A stretch of DNA of 64,000 nt. Source: an uncultured Planctomycetaceae bacterium. GTDB taxonomy: Bacteria > Planctomycetota > UBA1135 > GCA-002686595. The notes under the pieces are model-generated. The model searched no databases. It had not been told where the DNA came from and saw only the letters and a program-made list of their open reading frames with translations. The stretch lies in the NCBI GenBank assembly GCA_964631945.1, contig CAZWAY010000005.1, forward strand, positions 53,669 through 117,668, read 5' to 3'. The position numbers and the translations under genes were made by a program. Of the stretch, positions 38,174-50,730 are shown one piece after another (position 1 is the first letter of the stretch; each line of letters opens with the position of its first letter).

Positions 38174-39813
38174 CGAACGCTCTCGCTCTGGCCCAGTTCA
38201 CCGTTCCGGGGAACCTCGTGCCCGTCCTGATGGTCGTGGCCGCGGTGGTGATCCTGTCGGGCTTCGCCCTGATGCTCGCCACGCGCTACAAGCGCTGCCC
38301 CTCGAACCGGATCCTCGTGATCTACGGCAAGACCGGGGCGGGGCAGTCCTCGAAGACCCTGCACGGCGGCGGCGCCTTCGTGTGGCCGCTGATCCAGGCC
38401 TACGAGTTCCTCGACCTCGACCCGCTGCAGATCGAGATCCCGCTGGAGGGCGCGCTGTCTTCCGAGAACATCCGCGTCTCGGTGCCCAGCATCTTCACCG
38501 TCGCGATCGGCACCGACGAAGAGGCCATGAACAACGCGGCCGTGCGCCTGCTCGGCCTCGACACGCCGCACATCATCAAGCAAGCCGAGGACATCATCTT
38601 CGGCCAGTTGCGCCAGGTGATCGCCTCGATGGCGATCCAGGAGATCAACCGCGAGCGCGACGTGTTCCTGGGCAAGGTGCAGAGCGCGCTCGAGCCCGAG
38701 CTCAAGAAGATCGGCCTGGTGCTGATCAACGTCAACATCCGCGACATCAAGGACGAGTCGGGCTTCATCGAGGCCATCGGGCGCAAGGCGGCCTCGACCG
38801 CGATCCAGCAGGCCGAGATCGACGTGGCCGAGCAGAACAAGCGCGGCGCGATCGGCGTGGCCGAGGCCGAGCGCGAGCGCGCCGTCAGCGTGGCCAACGC
38901 CGAGAAGGTGCGCGACATCGGCACCAAGGAAGCCGAGCGCGAGCGCGCCGTGAAGCTGGCCGACCTCGAGAAAGACAAGAGCATCGGCGAGCAGGCCGCC
39001 AAGTACGAGCAGGAGTCGCAGCTGCGCGACAAGGAGCGCGAGATGCGCGTGCGCGTGGCCGAGGCCAACGCCAAGGCCGTCGCGGGCGAGAACAAGTCCA
39101 AGGCCGAGATCGCCGGCACCAACGCCGAGCTGCGCGTCAAGGAAGCCCAGGCCTACGAACTCGGCGAGAAGCGCTTCCGCGAGGCCCAGGCGGCCGTGCT
39201 CGAGGCCCAGTACCGTGCCGAGGCGCGCGCCGCCGCCGCGCAGGGCGAGAAGATCGAGGCCGAGACGCGCGCCACGCTCGAGGCCACCTCCAAGGCCGAG
39301 AAGGCCAAGACCATCGTCGACGCCGAGGCCCAGGCCAGCCAGCGCAAGATCGAGGCCGAGGGCGAGGCCGCCGCGATCTACGCCAAGCTCGAGGCCGAGG
39401 CGCGCGGGCAGTACGAGATGCTGGCCAAGAAGGCCGCCGGTCTGAAGCTGATCGTGGACAGCTGCGGCGGCTCGCAGCAGGCCTTCCAGATGCTCATGCT
39501 CGAGCACCTCGACCACCTGTCCGAGACCGCCGCCAAGGCCATCTCGAACGTGAAGTTCGACAAGGTCGTGGTGTGGGACGGCCAGGGTGGAGCCAACGGC
39601 GGCAACGCCGCGGCCAACTTCATCCGCGGCCTGGGCACCGCGATCCCGCCCGTGATGCAGATCATGAAGGACGTGGGCGGCGTGGAGATGCCCGAGTACT
39701 TCGGCAAGCTGATGGCCGAGGGCGCGGCGCCGGCCGCGGCAGCTCCGTCCGCGGCGGCACCGGCCGAGCCCCGCAGGCCGACCGACAAGGGCGAGCCCAA
39801 GAAGCCGAGCTAG
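38170..39813 (+). CDS. Flotillin (SPFH/Band-7 domain protein, FloT/YuaG-like)
   Basis: GTG start overlapping the NfeD stop. N-terminal TM, SPFH domain (IEIPLEGALSSENIRVSVPSIFTVAIG), and a long EA-repeat coiled-coil flotillin domain. Confidence 0.85.
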   Translation: MTNALALAQFTVPGNLVPVLMVVAAVVILSGFALMLATRYKRCPSNRILVIYGKTGAGQSSKTLHGGGAFVWPLIQAYEFLDLDPLQIEIPLEGALSSENIRVSVPSIFTVAIGTDEEAMNNAAVRLLGLDTPHIIKQAEDIIFGQLRQVIASMAIQEINRERDVFLGKVQSALEPELKKIGLVLINVNIRDIKDESGFIEAIGRKAASTAIQQAEIDVAEQNKRGAIGVAEAERERAVSVANAEKVRDIGTKEAERERAVKLADLEKDKSIGEQAAKYEQESQLRDKEREMRVRVAEANAKAVAGENKSKAEIAGTNAELRVKEAQAYELGEKRFREAQAAVLEAQYRAEARAAAAQGEKIEAETRATLEATSKAEKAKTIVDAEAQASQRKIEAEGEAAAIYAKLEAEARGQYEMLAKKAAGLKLIVDSCGGSQQAFQMLMLEHLDHLSETAAKAISNVKFDKVVVWDGQGGANGGNAAANFIRGLGTAIPPVMQIMKDVGGVEMPEYFGKLMAEGAAPAAAAPSAAAPAEPRRPTDKGEPKKPS

Positions 39814-40754
39814 CGCGGCCTGACCAGGCTCGTCTCTTCGCTCACGCCCTCGGCCGCGCCCACGATCTTGCCGCCCTCCAGCAGGAGCTCGCCCGGCGTC
39901 TGCAGCAGGTAGGAGATCGAGGGCGGCAGGCGCGCGCTGCGCACGAAGTTGCCGTCGGGCAGCACGTGCACCACGCGGTTGGCCAGCGTGTCGTGGGGCT
40001 CCTCGAGCTGGATCAGCGCCAGCAGACGCTCGCCGTGCTCGTGCTGGGCCAGCTGTTCGAGGTGCTTCGCGCAGTGCTCGCAGGTCGCGCGCCAGAAGAC
40101 CCACAGGCCGTCGAGCGGGAGCTCGTTCACGTCCAGGTACTGGTTCAGCGGGGCCTTGCCGAGCGGCGTGACCCAGATCTCCTGGCCGACCCACTTCTCG
40201 AGCGCCAGTTCGACCCACTGGCCCTCGACCGGTCTGCCGTCGGCCACGACCTCGCCCTGCTGTAGCTCGCGATCGTGGAACCAGGGCAAGGCCAGCCCGA
40301 CCGCCGCCAGCGCCACGGGCACGATCGGTCCCAGCCCCCGGCCGAGGTTGCGCCAGGGCTTCGCGAGCAGCAGGGCCGCCAGCAGGGCCGTGTCGATGGC
40401 CATCATCCACTTCGGCGGCATGCTGAACTTGCCCCCGAAGCAGCCGCAGTTCTCCACCCCGGCGCGGATCTGCGTGGTCAGCACCAGGTCGAACACCACC
40501 AGCAGCATTGCCTGCAGCACCCAGCCCCAGCGCGGCTTGCTCAGCGCGATGGCCACGATCGCGAGCTCGATCCCGATCGCCAGCTTGTAGGTGAGCCCGA
40601 GCTCGAGCGGCAAGTCGCGCACGACCTCGGGCAAGAGCGCGGGCGTGCCCCACACGAGCTTGAACACGGCCCCCGTGAGGACCCAGGCGGCGATCAGCCA
40701 GACCGCGACCAGGGCGAAGCGCTTGCGTTCGGTCGGCACGGTGGGGTTCTGCAT
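39810..40754 (-). CDS. MauE/DoxX-like membrane domain fused to a thioredoxin-like (CxxC) domain
   Basis: Start MQNPTVPTERKRFALVAVWLIAAWVL at residue 28 of ORF 39810..40835. GVENCGCFGG motif in a four-TM domain, and a C-terminal WRATCEHCAKH CxxC. The stop overlaps the flotillin stop (CTAG at 39810-39813). Confidence 0.6.
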   Translation of the reverse strand: MQNPTVPTERKRFALVAVWLIAAWVLTGAVFKLVWGTPALLPEVVRDLPLELGLTYKLAIGIELAIVAIALSKPRWGWVLQAMLLVVFDLVLTTQIRAGVENCGCFGGKFSMPPKWMMAIDTALLAALLLAKPWRNLGRGLGPIVPVALAAVGLALPWFHDRELQQGEVVADGRPVEGQWVELALEKWVGQEIWVTPLGKAPLNQYLDVNELPLDGLWVFWRATCEHCAKHLEQLAQHEHGERLLALIQLEEPHDTLANRVVHVLPDGNFVRSARLPPSISYLLQTPGELLLEGGKIVGAAEGVSEETSLVRPR

Positions 40755-40833
40755 GTCGCGGTGGGCTCGGGATCTTGCACGCGCGCACGGCTGGCGCGGC
40801 GGACGGCTGAGGATACAACTTCGCGTCTCCCCC

Positions 40834-42366
40834 ATGCTTCACGCGACGATCTGGTCGATCCTGGAACGGGCCGAGCGCGACTTCGCCGGCCGCACGGCCG
40901 TGCGCGAGGGTGCGACGCGTCGCGACTACGGCGAGTTCGCCCGCCGTGTGAGGGCCCGCGCGCGCGCCTGGCGCGCGCTGGGACTCGGGGCCGGGGAGCG
41001 CGTGGCGATCCTGGACTGGAACACCGGCGCGTTCCTCGAGAGCACCTTCGCGGCCGCCGGCCTGGGGGCGATCCTGACCCCGCTCAACCACCGCCTGGCC
41101 GTGCCGGAGCTGGCCGAGATCCTGGCCGACTCGGGCGCGTGCCTGGTGCTGGCCGCGCGCGCCTTCGCCGAGCCCGTCGCCGCGCTGCGCGCGCGCGTGC
41201 CGAGCGTCCGGCACTGGCTGTGCTGCGAAGAGGAGCCCGAGGACGAGCCCGAGGAGGAGGGCCCGCCCTTCGCGCCCGCGCGCGTGGCTCCGGCAGACGT
41301 GGCCCAGCTCTACTACACCAGCGGCACGACCGGGCGCGCGAAGGGCGTGATGCTGACGCACCGGAACGTGTGTACGCACGCGGCCTGGGCCGTGCGCGAG
41401 CTCGAACTCACCGGCGCCGACCGCTGGGGACACTTCGCGCCCATGTTCCACCTGGCCGACGCCTGGGCGACGTTCGCCGTGACCCAGGTCGGCGGCGTGC
41501 ACGTGATGCTGCCGCGTTTCGAGGCCGACGCGGCCGTGGAGGCGATCGAGCGCGAGGGCATCACGCTCACCAATCTCGTCCCGACCATGCTGAAGCGCCT
41601 GGTCGAGAGCCCGCGCGCGCCGGCCGCGCGCTTCGCCAGCCTGCGTCTGGTGCTCTCGGGCGGCGCGCCGATCTCACCCGCGCTCGTGCGCCAGGTGCTC
41701 GCGGTCCTGGGGTGCGAGTACGCGCAAACCTACGGCATGACCGAGACGAGTCCGTACCTCACGCTCGGGCTCCTTCCGGAGGCCCTGCGGCGGCTCGCGC
41801 CGGAGGAGGTCCTGCGCCTGCGCGCGCGCACCGGCCGACCCTTCGGTGAGGTCGAGCTGGAGGTCGTGGACGAGGCCGGCCGGCGCGTGCCCGCCGACGA
41901 TCGCACGGTGGGCGAGATCCGCGTGCGCGGCGCGACCGTGACGCCGGGCTACTGGGGGCGGCCGGAGGAGACGGCCATGGCCATTCGCGACGGCTGGCTC
42001 TACACGGGCGACCTGGCCGTGCTCGATGCGCACGGCTTCGTGGACATCGTCGACCGCAAGAAGGACATGATCCTCAGCGGCGGCGAGAACGTGTACTCGA
42101 CCGAGGTCGAGAACGCGCTCTACGAGCATCCGGCCGTGCTCGAGTGCGCGGTGTTCGGGCGGCCCGACGCCACCTGGGGCGAGCGCGTGCACGCGGCGGT
42201 CGTGCTGCGGGCCGAGGCCACGCTCGGGGCGCGCGAGCTGATCGAGTTCTGCCGCGCCCGCATCGCGGCCTACAAGGCGCCGCACACGATCGAGTTCCTG
42301 CCCGAGCTGCCACGCACGGGCTCGGGCAAGATCTCCAAGCAGGTGCTGCGCGCGCGCACGCCCTAG
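40834..42366 (+). CDS. AMP-dependent acyl-CoA synthetase/ligase (fatty-acid CoA ligase-like)
   Basis: Start [23 protein letters not shown] inside ORF 40591..42366. AMP-binding motif [12 protein letters not shown], then GMTETS, and a C-terminal [10 protein letters not shown]. Confidence 0.85.
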   Translation: MLHATIWSILERAERDFAGRTAVREGATRRDYGEFARRVRARARAWRALGLGAGERVAILDWNTGAFLESTFAAAGLGAILTPLNHRLAVPELAEILADSGACLVLAARAFAEPVAALRARVPSVRHWLCCEEEPEDEPEEEGPPFAPARVAPADVAQLYYTSGTTGRAKGVMLTHRNVCTHAAWAVRELELTGADRWGHFAPMFHLADAWATFAVTQVGGVHVMLPRFEADAAVEAIEREGITLTNLVPTMLKRLVESPRAPAARFASLRLVLSGGAPISPALVRQVLAVLGCEYAQTYGMTETSPYLTLGLLPEALRRLAPEEVLRLRARTGRPFGEVELEVVDEAGRRVPADDRTVGEIRVRGATVTPGYWGRPEETAMAIRDGWLYTGDLAVLDAHGFVDIVDRKKDMILSGGENVYSTEVENALYEHPAVLECAVFGRPDATWGERVHAAVVLRAEATLGARELIEFCRARIAAYKAPHTIEFLPELPRTGSGKISKQVLRARTP

Positions 42367-42380
42367 GCGAGGATGGCGTC

Positions 42381-43103
42381 ATGCGCTGGCCGAGCTGGAA
42401 CGGGCGTGCGCCGGCCGGGCCGGGGACGACGGGCGCCCTGTCCGACGCCTCCGCTCTCGACCACGCCGCCGCGCGCGTGCGCATGGTGGACGAGCAGCTC
42501 GTCGCGCGCGGCATCACCGACGAGCGCGTACTCGCCGCCATGCGGCGCGTGCCGCGCGAGCGCTTCGTGCTGCCCGAGGACCTGGCGCGCGCCCACGACG
42601 ACGGCCCGCTGGCGATCGGGTACGGCCAGACCCTCTCGCAACCCTTCATCGTGGCGCTCATGAGCCAGGCCCTCGAGCTCGCGGGCGGCGAGCGCGTGCT
42701 CGAGATCGGGGCCGGCTCGGGCTACCAGAGCGCGCTGCTGGCGGCCCTGGCGCGGGAGGTCTTCGCGCTCGAGCTCCTGCCGCCCCTGCGCGCGCGCGCG
42801 GCCGGGGTCCTGGCCGAGCTCGGCTGCGCCAACGTGTGCCTGCGCGCGGGCGACGGGCGCGCCGGGTGGCCGGAGGCGGCCCCCTTCGACGCCATCCTGG
42901 CGGCGGCCGCGGCCGAGCGCGTGCCGCCGGCCTGGCTGACGCAGCTCGCGCCCGGTGGACGCCTGCTGCTGCCGGTGGGCACCCGCCAGCAGGAACTCCT
43001 GTGCATCCGTCGGACATCCGACGGCTTCGTCGAGCAGCGCCTGGGCGCGGTGCGCTTCGTGCCCCTCCTGGGCACCGAACGCGACGTGTCCGCCCGTCCG
43101 TAG
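42381..43103 (+). CDS. pcm: Protein-L-isoaspartate O-methyltransferase
   Basis: [36 protein letters not shown], and GGRLLLPVG. Alternative start at MVDEQL (nt 42483). Confidence 0.85.
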   Translation: MRWPSWNGRAPAGPGTTGALSDASALDHAAARVRMVDEQLVARGITDERVLAAMRRVPRERFVLPEDLARAHDDGPLAIGYGQTLSQPFIVALMSQALELAGGERVLEIGAGSGYQSALLAALAREVFALELLPPLRARAAGVLAELGCANVCLRAGDGRAGWPEAAPFDAILAAAAAERVPPAWLTQLAPGGRLLLPVGTRQQELLCIRRTSDGFVEQRLGAVRFVPLLGTERDVSARP

Positions 43104-43226
43104 CGCGCGCGGCGCGGCCCGCGCCCCCGGGTGCAGGGCCGATCCCGCCCGACGCGCGCTTGAATGCGCCCTGCACGGCTGGCGTACTCGCGCCCTTCTC
43201 GCTCCTCCGTTCCGTCAGGCACCCCC

Positions 43227-43946
43227 TTGGATTGGATCAACGACCCGCAGGCCTGGATCGCGCTCCTGACCCTGACCGTGCTCGAGATCGTGCTCGGGGT
43301 GGACAACATCGTGTTCATCTCGATCCTCTCGGCGAAGCTGCCGGAGTTGCAGCGCGCGCGCGCGCGCACGATCGGGTTGGCGCTGGCGCTCGTGGGGCGG
43401 GTGGGGCTGCTGCTCTCGCTCAGCTGGGTGATCGGCCTGACCGACCCGCTGTTCGTGCTGGTGGGTGAGGAGATCTCGGGGCGCGACCTGATCCTGCTCG
43501 GCGGCGGGCTGTTCCTGCTGGCCAAGGCCACCCACGAGATCCACGCCAGCATGGAGGGAGGCGGCCCCGGGCGCGCCGCCCGGGCGAGTTCCTTCGCCGG
43601 CGTGCTGGTGCAGATCCTGGTGCTCGACCTGGTCTTCTCGCTCGACTCCGTCATCACCGCCGTGGGCATGGCCGACGACGTATCCGTGATGATCACGGCG
43701 GTCGTGATCGCAGTGCTGTTCATGATGGTGAGTGCCGGGGCGATCTCGAGCTTCATCCACAAGCATCCGACCGTGAAGATGCTGGCGCTCGCCTTCCTGC
43801 TGCTGGTGGGCGTGGCCCTGGTGGCCGACGGCCTGAACCAGCACATCCCGCGCGGCTACATCTACTTCGCGATGGCTTTCTCGGTGCTGGTCGAGATGCT
43901 CAACCTGCGTTCCGCGCGCCGCGCCTCGCCGCCGGCGGCGCACTGA
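43227..43946 (+). CDS. TerC-family integral membrane protein
   Basis: Inside ORF 43164..43946. TTG start LDWINDPQAWIALLTLTVLEIVLGVDNIVFISI (TerC signature), then LSLDSVITAVGM and DNI repeats. Confidence 0.75.
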   Translation: MDWINDPQAWIALLTLTVLEIVLGVDNIVFISILSAKLPELQRARARTIGLALALVGRVGLLLSLSWVIGLTDPLFVLVGEEISGRDLILLGGGLFLLAKATHEIHASMEGGGPGRAARASSFAGVLVQILVLDLVFSLDSVITAVGMADDVSVMITAVVIAVLFMMVSAGAISSFIHKHPTVKMLALAFLLLVGVALVADGLNQHIPRGYIYFAMAFSVLVEMLNLRSARRASPPAAH

Positions 43947-43953
43947 GTCGTTC

Positions 43954-44649
43954 GTGCCGCGCCTCGCACTGTTCGTGCTCGGGGGACTGGCGAGCGCGTG
44001 CCTCGTCCAGCGTCCGCTGCCCGATGCGCCCAGCGCGAGCGCGACGCGCGAGCTGCGCCAGAGCCGCTTCCCGGATGGCACCCCGCGCAGCGAATGGAGC
44101 GTGCTCGCCTGGCCCGATGGCCGCGTCGAGCGCGATGGCGTCGAGCGCGAGTTCCATCCGAACGGCACGCTGCGCTCGGAGGGCAGCTTCGCGCACGGCG
44201 TCCCCGTGGGTGTTTGGCGGACCTGGTTCGCCGACGGCCGCCCGCGCTCGGAGGTGGATTTCGGCTCGCCGGACGCGAGCACGACCACGCGCGAACGCTT
44301 CTGGCACGCGAACGGCCAGCTGGCAGCCGAGGGACCGGCCGCGGGTGGGGTGCGCGAGGGTCCGTGGAGCTACTGGAGCGAGAACGGCCTGCCCTTGCGC
44401 GCGGGCGCCTATCGCGCGGGGCGACGTGACGGGCCCTGGGTCTTCTACGACTCACGCGGTTCGAAGCGTGCCGAGGGATCCTACGAGCTGGGCGCGCGCG
44501 TGGGCTCCTGGACCCTGTGGGACGAGCGCGGCGCGGCGCACCAGCGACCCGCGGCCGAGGTCGACCCGGAGACACCCGTAGAGGAGTCGTCGGACGAACC
44601 GGAGGGTTCCGGCCGGATCGCGGCCCCGGATTCTGCTCGTCCGGGTTGA
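43954..44649 (+). CDS. Lipoprotein with MORN-variant (YwqK-like) repeats
   Basis: GTG start. Lipobox LGGLASAC. Repeats HPNGTLRSEGSFAHGVPVGVWRTWFADG, WHANGQLAAEG...GPWSYWSENG, and GPWVFYDSRGSKRAEGSYELGARVGSWTLWDERG. Confidence 0.6.
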   Translation: MPRLALFVLGGLASACLVQRPLPDAPSASATRELRQSRFPDGTPRSEWSVLAWPDGRVERDGVEREFHPNGTLRSEGSFAHGVPVGVWRTWFADGRPRSEVDFGSPDASTTTRERFWHANGQLAAEGPAAGGVREGPWSYWSENGLPLRAGAYRAGRRDGPWVFYDSRGSKRAEGSYELGARVGSWTLWDERGAAHQRPAAEVDPETPVEESSDEPEGSGRIAAPDSARPG

Positions 44650-44866
44650 ACTCCTCGGCCGGGGTGCCCAAGAGTCCGCCTGCGGGTCCGGCGGACAGCT
44701 GGACTTCGACCCTTGGTTCCCCCTTGACCCCCTCCTCCTCGGGGGAACCACCTGAGAGACGAGAGCGGGTCGAAGCCTCTGACTGCGTGATGGCCTCCTA
44801 GGGATGGAGACCGCCGGACCCGCCTCCCACTCTCGCCCCCGGGGTGGCTGAGATAGGCTCCGGCCA

Positions 44867-46051
44867 ATGGACGGGCCCCTGCCGAGGATCCCGCGCGCGA
44901 GCGCGGACGATTGCGCCGAGCCAGCGGTGCGCGCGCGCCGCGAGCTGTGCGAACGGGTCGTCGGGCACCCGCTCCCGCACCTCGCCGGTGCGCCGGTGCC
45001 GCCCGCCAAGGCCCGCGGCAAGGTCGAGAACCTGACCGGCTTCGCCCAGGTGCCGCTCGGGATCGCCGGGCCGCTGCGGGTCGAGACCCAGCTCGGTTGG
45101 CGCGAGGCCTACGTGCCGATGGCGACGACCGAGGGCGCGATGGTGGCCTCGTACTCGCGCGGGATGAAGCTCCTGTCGCTGGCCGGGACGGCGCGTGCGC
45201 GCGTCGTCGGTGAGGGGCTCTCGCAGCATCCGATGCTGGTGTACGCCGATGTCGCCGCGGCCGAGCGGGCGCGCGCAGCCGTGCCGGGGCTGCGCGCCGA
45301 ACTCGAGCGCGCGACGGCCGCGAGCACGCAGCACGGGCGGCTCGTGGCGGTCGAGCCCGAGCTCGTCGGGCGACGGCTCGTCCTGCGGCTGGTGTTCAGC
45401 ACGGGCGACGCCATCGGCATCAACATGGCGGCACGCGCGAGCGAGCTGTGCTGCGAGCTGGTCGCGCGCGCGACCGGAGCCGAACGGCGCTACGTGCACG
45501 GCGAGGACGTCGAGAAGCGCGCCAACGCGCGCGCGCTGCACGCGGGCCGCGGGCGCAGCGTGGTGTGCGACGTGCGCGTGCCGCGCGCGCTGCTGAGCGA
45601 GCACCTGCGGGTCACGCCCGAGGACCTGGTCGCGATCCACCAGAGCTATCAGCTCGGCTTCGCGCGCCTCGGGACGCACAACGGGCTCGTCCAGGCGGCC
45701 AACGGGCTCGCGGCGGTGTTCCTGGCCTGCGGCCAGGACGTGGCCTACGTCACGGAGTGCGCCACGGGTTTCCTGGAGTTCGCGTGCACGAGCACGGGCG
45801 AGCTCTACGCGAGCGCGCACCTGCCCTCGCTGCTGGTCGGGACCGTCGGTGGCGGCACGGGCCAGGGCACGGCGGCGGAGTGCCTCGAGCTGCTCGGCGT
45901 GCGCGGCACGGGTGGGGCCAACGTCTTCGCCGAGCTGCTGGCCGCCACGGTCCTGGCCGGCGACCTCTCGCTGCTGGCCTCGTTCTGCACGCACGAGTTC
46001 GTGGCGGCGCACGAGCGTCTGGGACGCAACCGTCCGGACGCGTCGGCATGA
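44867..46051 (+). CDS. HMG-CoA reductase catalytic domain (class-I-like, soluble)
   Basis: ENLTGFAQVPLGIAGPLRV (ENxIG...GxAGP), TGDAIGINMA (DAMGxNM), and LVGTVGGGT (GTVGG). 394 aa. Confidence 0.85.
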   Translation: MDGPLPRIPRASADDCAEPAVRARRELCERVVGHPLPHLAGAPVPPAKARGKVENLTGFAQVPLGIAGPLRVETQLGWREAYVPMATTEGAMVASYSRGMKLLSLAGTARARVVGEGLSQHPMLVYADVAAAERARAAVPGLRAELERATAASTQHGRLVAVEPELVGRRLVLRLVFSTGDAIGINMAARASELCCELVARATGAERRYVHGEDVEKRANARALHAGRGRSVVCDVRVPRALLSEHLRVTPEDLVAIHQSYQLGFARLGTHNGLVQAANGLAAVFLACGQDVAYVTECATGFLEFACTSTGELYASAHLPSLLVGTVGGGTGQGTAAECLELLGVRGTGGANVFAELLAATVLAGDLSLLASFCTHEFVAAHERLGRNRPDASA

Positions 46052-46854
46052 GCGCGCCCGCGCGCCGGGGCTTCGAGCCGTGGGCCTTCGTGGCCTTCGC
46101 GCTGGCGGGCCTGTGCGCGGGTGCGTTCGTCTTCCTCGGCTTGCGTCCGGGCGGTGCGGCGCCCGTCTTCGTCTACCGCTTCGGGCTGCTCTTCGCGGGC
46201 TGGGCCGCGGCGGTGGCGATGCTGATCGCCATGATCTGGTCCCTGCGGCGGCGGCCGGTCCTGCAGCGCGGGCGCGCGTGGCCCCTGGTGGCGCTGGGCG
46301 CCAGCCTGTGGTTCTGTTCGCTGCCGATCGCCTACCCCTCGTCGCACGAGGGCAAGTTCAGTCCGACGCGCTTCGGACTGCCGTTCGAGGGCAAGGCGCG
46401 CGTGCGCTACGGAGGCCTGCACAAGCTCCAGAATCCGTTGCTGTTCGACCCGGCGCGGCGCTTCGGCACGGCCTTCGAGCGGCGCTCGGAGTCGCTCGAG
46501 GTGCTGGCGCCGGCCGATGGCACCCTGCTCGACCTCGCCGCCGGACGCATGGGTGACGTGCTGGTGCTCGCGACCGGGGTGGGGGAGTACTGCGTGCTGG
46601 AGGGCCTGGTGCCCGGCAGCTGTTCCCTGACCCCGGGGAGCGCCGTGCGCGCGGGCGAGCGCCTCGGCAGCGGCGCGGCTTGGCTGAGCGTGCATCTCCA
46701 GGACCGACCGAGCCCAGGGGCGGGCGAGGGCATCCCGATGCGCTACTGGAACTACCTGGCCGACGGGCGAACGGCCGAGAGCGGCGTGCCGGTGCCGCCC
46801 CAGGAGGTCTCGCGTGCCGTTCCCGGGCGCTCCGACGGGCCCCCGGGGCGTTGA
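46048..46854 (+). CDS. Hypothetical two-TM membrane protein with C-terminal beta-rich domain, translationally coupled to the HMG-CoA reductase gene (ATGA)
   Basis: Start MSAPARRGFEPWAFVAFALAGLCAGAFVFL inside ORF 45448..46854. Second TM is FGLLFAGWAAAVAMLIAMIW. C-terminal EVLAPADGTLLDLAAGRMGDVLVLATGVGEYCVLEGL. Confidence 0.5.
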   Translation: MSAPARRGFEPWAFVAFALAGLCAGAFVFLGLRPGGAAPVFVYRFGLLFAGWAAAVAMLIAMIWSLRRRPVLQRGRAWPLVALGASLWFCSLPIAYPSSHEGKFSPTRFGLPFEGKARVRYGGLHKLQNPLLFDPARRFGTAFERRSESLEVLAPADGTLLDLAAGRMGDVLVLATGVGEYCVLEGLVPGSCSLTPGSAVRAGERLGSGAAWLSVHLQDRPSPGAGEGIPMRYWNYLADGRTAESGVPVPPQEVSRAVPGRSDGPPGR

Positions 46855-47025
46855 CAGCCCGAGGGAGGGCGCTACCCTGATGCGCTTCAAAAACGCCGGG
46901 GATCCGCGCCAGCGGGCCTCCGGCGAGCCGCCGAACGCCCTCGGGATCGCGCGATTCGATCGCCCCGGATGTTCGGCCCCCGGCCCCTGGCCTGCGCGTC
47001 GTCCTCTACCCCTCCAGCTGCTCCC

Positions 47026-49128
<2,103 letters not shown>

Positions 49129-49170
49129 GCGCTGGCTCCGCACCCCGGGCGTGGCTAGGATTCCGCGCCG

Positions 49171-50148
49171 ATGACGCGCACTGCACGGCGACGCTGGAGC
49201 CGCGAGTTCCAGGGTGAGATCGATGGCATCGCCCTGGGCGACACCGGGCCGGTCATCCTGCACGGCTACGACCCGCCGGCCGGCGGCAAGTGGATCGACA
49301 ACGTCATCCCCGGCAAGCTCGGAGCCTACGATCGCTCCAGCGGCGACGTGCTCTGGCTCTCGCCCTGCGAAGTCGGCTACGGCCGCGGCTTCGGCTGCGG
49401 CTTCGGAGACGAGGAGGACGTGGTGATCCTCGGTCCGTCGAGCCAGAAGCACCGCATCGCGCGCATGTCGCTCTCCACGGGGGAGCTGATCGGCGCCAGC
49501 GAGATCGGGGCCTTCGACCAGGCCCTCGCCTTCGGCGACGTGTGCCTGACCGTGACGCCGCAGCGCGTCAGCGGGATCCTGACCTCGCCCATGCTCGAGG
49601 TCTGGAGCTACGCGCGTGATGGCGAGCGTTACCACCTGGTCGGGCGCATCGGACCCCACGCCTACGTCGTGTACACCGACACCGCGCGCAAGCGTCAAGG
49701 CGTGCTGCGCCTGGACGTGGAGTCGGGCGAGCAGGTCGACACCTTCATCGACCCGGAGCTGCCGGTGATCCACGACCTGGTGTGCGGCAGCGACCTGGCC
49801 ATCGTGCTCTCCGGCAACCGCGTGCCCGCGCGCCCGGGCCAGTCGAGCGGCCCCGAGGAGCTGCGCCTGGAGGCCTTCCGCACGCACGAGTCCAGCGCCT
49901 ACTCGCTGTGGCGCGAGGTGCTCGCGGACGAGAGCGACGAATTGCCCGACGTGAGCCTCTCGCTCGACAGCGGCAAGCTCTACCTCGCGCGCGGCGCCAT
50001 GCTCGAGGTGCGCGACGGCGTGTCCGGACGGATGCTGGGGGAGCTGACCCTGCCCGGTCTGGACGAACGCGTGGCCTGGAAGGTCGCGCAGGGTGCCGGG
50101 CTCCTGGCGGAGGAGACGCGCGCCTCGGTGTTCGAGCTTCCCGCTTGA
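49171..50148 (+). CDS. PQQ-like beta-propeller repeat protein (hypothetical)
   Basis: Repeated D..sGe/D..W units: AYDRSSGDVLW, ARMSLSTGELIG, LRLDVESGEQVDTF, LEVRDGVSGRMLGEL. Confidence 0.5.
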   Translation: MTRTARRRWSREFQGEIDGIALGDTGPVILHGYDPPAGGKWIDNVIPGKLGAYDRSSGDVLWLSPCEVGYGRGFGCGFGDEEDVVILGPSSQKHRIARMSLSTGELIGASEIGAFDQALAFGDVCLTVTPQRVSGILTSPMLEVWSYARDGERYHLVGRIGPHAYVVYTDTARKRQGVLRLDVESGEQVDTFIDPELPVIHDLVCGSDLAIVLSGNRVPARPGQSSGPEELRLEAFRTHESSAYSLWREVLADESDELPDVSLSLDSGKLYLARGAMLEVRDGVSGRMLGELTLPGLDERVAWKVAQGAGLLAEETRASVFELPA

Positions 50149-50151
50149 GCG

Positions 50152-50730
50152 ATGTCCAAGAAGGAAGCCAGCCCCAAGGCCCAGCTGGACGAGCACGGGC
50201 TCGTGGTGCACGCCTACGCCAGCACGGTGCTGGTGATCGTGCCGCCCAGCGGCTACGCCGAGACGACCCTGCGCTACGCCCGTTCCGCGCTGTTCAACGT
50301 GCACGTGGGCACGCGCGTGGTCTCGTCCCAGGACGGGGCCGTCCTGCGCGGTGAGCTCCAGGACGAGTTCCAGGTCGACGGATCGCTGGCGGGGGAGACG
50401 ATGGACCCCTACTCCGGCTTGATCCTGTGCGCCGGGGTCGGCTCGCCCTGGCTCGCCGAGCAGGCCGATGTCCTGCGCCTGGTGCGCGCGGCGGCGCAGC
50501 AGCAGAAGCTCATCGGGGCCTGGGGCCTGGCCGTCGCGGCGCTCGCCCAGGGCGACGTCGTGCGCAAGAAGCGCGTGACCGGCGAGCGCTCGCTGCGCGC
50601 GCAGCTGGAGGCCGCCGGGGCGCGCTACACGGGCAGCCAGGTCGAGCGCGACGAGAAGCTCGTGACCGGGCTGGACGACGCCTCGGGCTTCCGCTTCGGG
50701 AAGGCCCTGGTCCAGGTCGTGCGCATCTGA
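50152..50730 (+). CDS. DJ-1/PfpI (class I glutamine amidotransferase-like) family protein
   Basis: LVIVPPSGYAE and nucleophile-elbow-like GLILCAGVGSPWL. 192 aa. Starts 4 nt after the previous stop. Confidence 0.6.
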   Translation: MSKKEASPKAQLDEHGLVVHAYASTVLVIVPPSGYAETTLRYARSALFNVHVGTRVVSSQDGAVLRGELQDEFQVDGSLAGETMDPYSGLILCAGVGSPWLAEQADVLRLVRAAAQQQKLIGAWGLAVAALAQGDVVRKKRVTGERSLRAQLEAAGARYTGSQVERDEKLVTGLDDASGFRFGKALVQVVRI

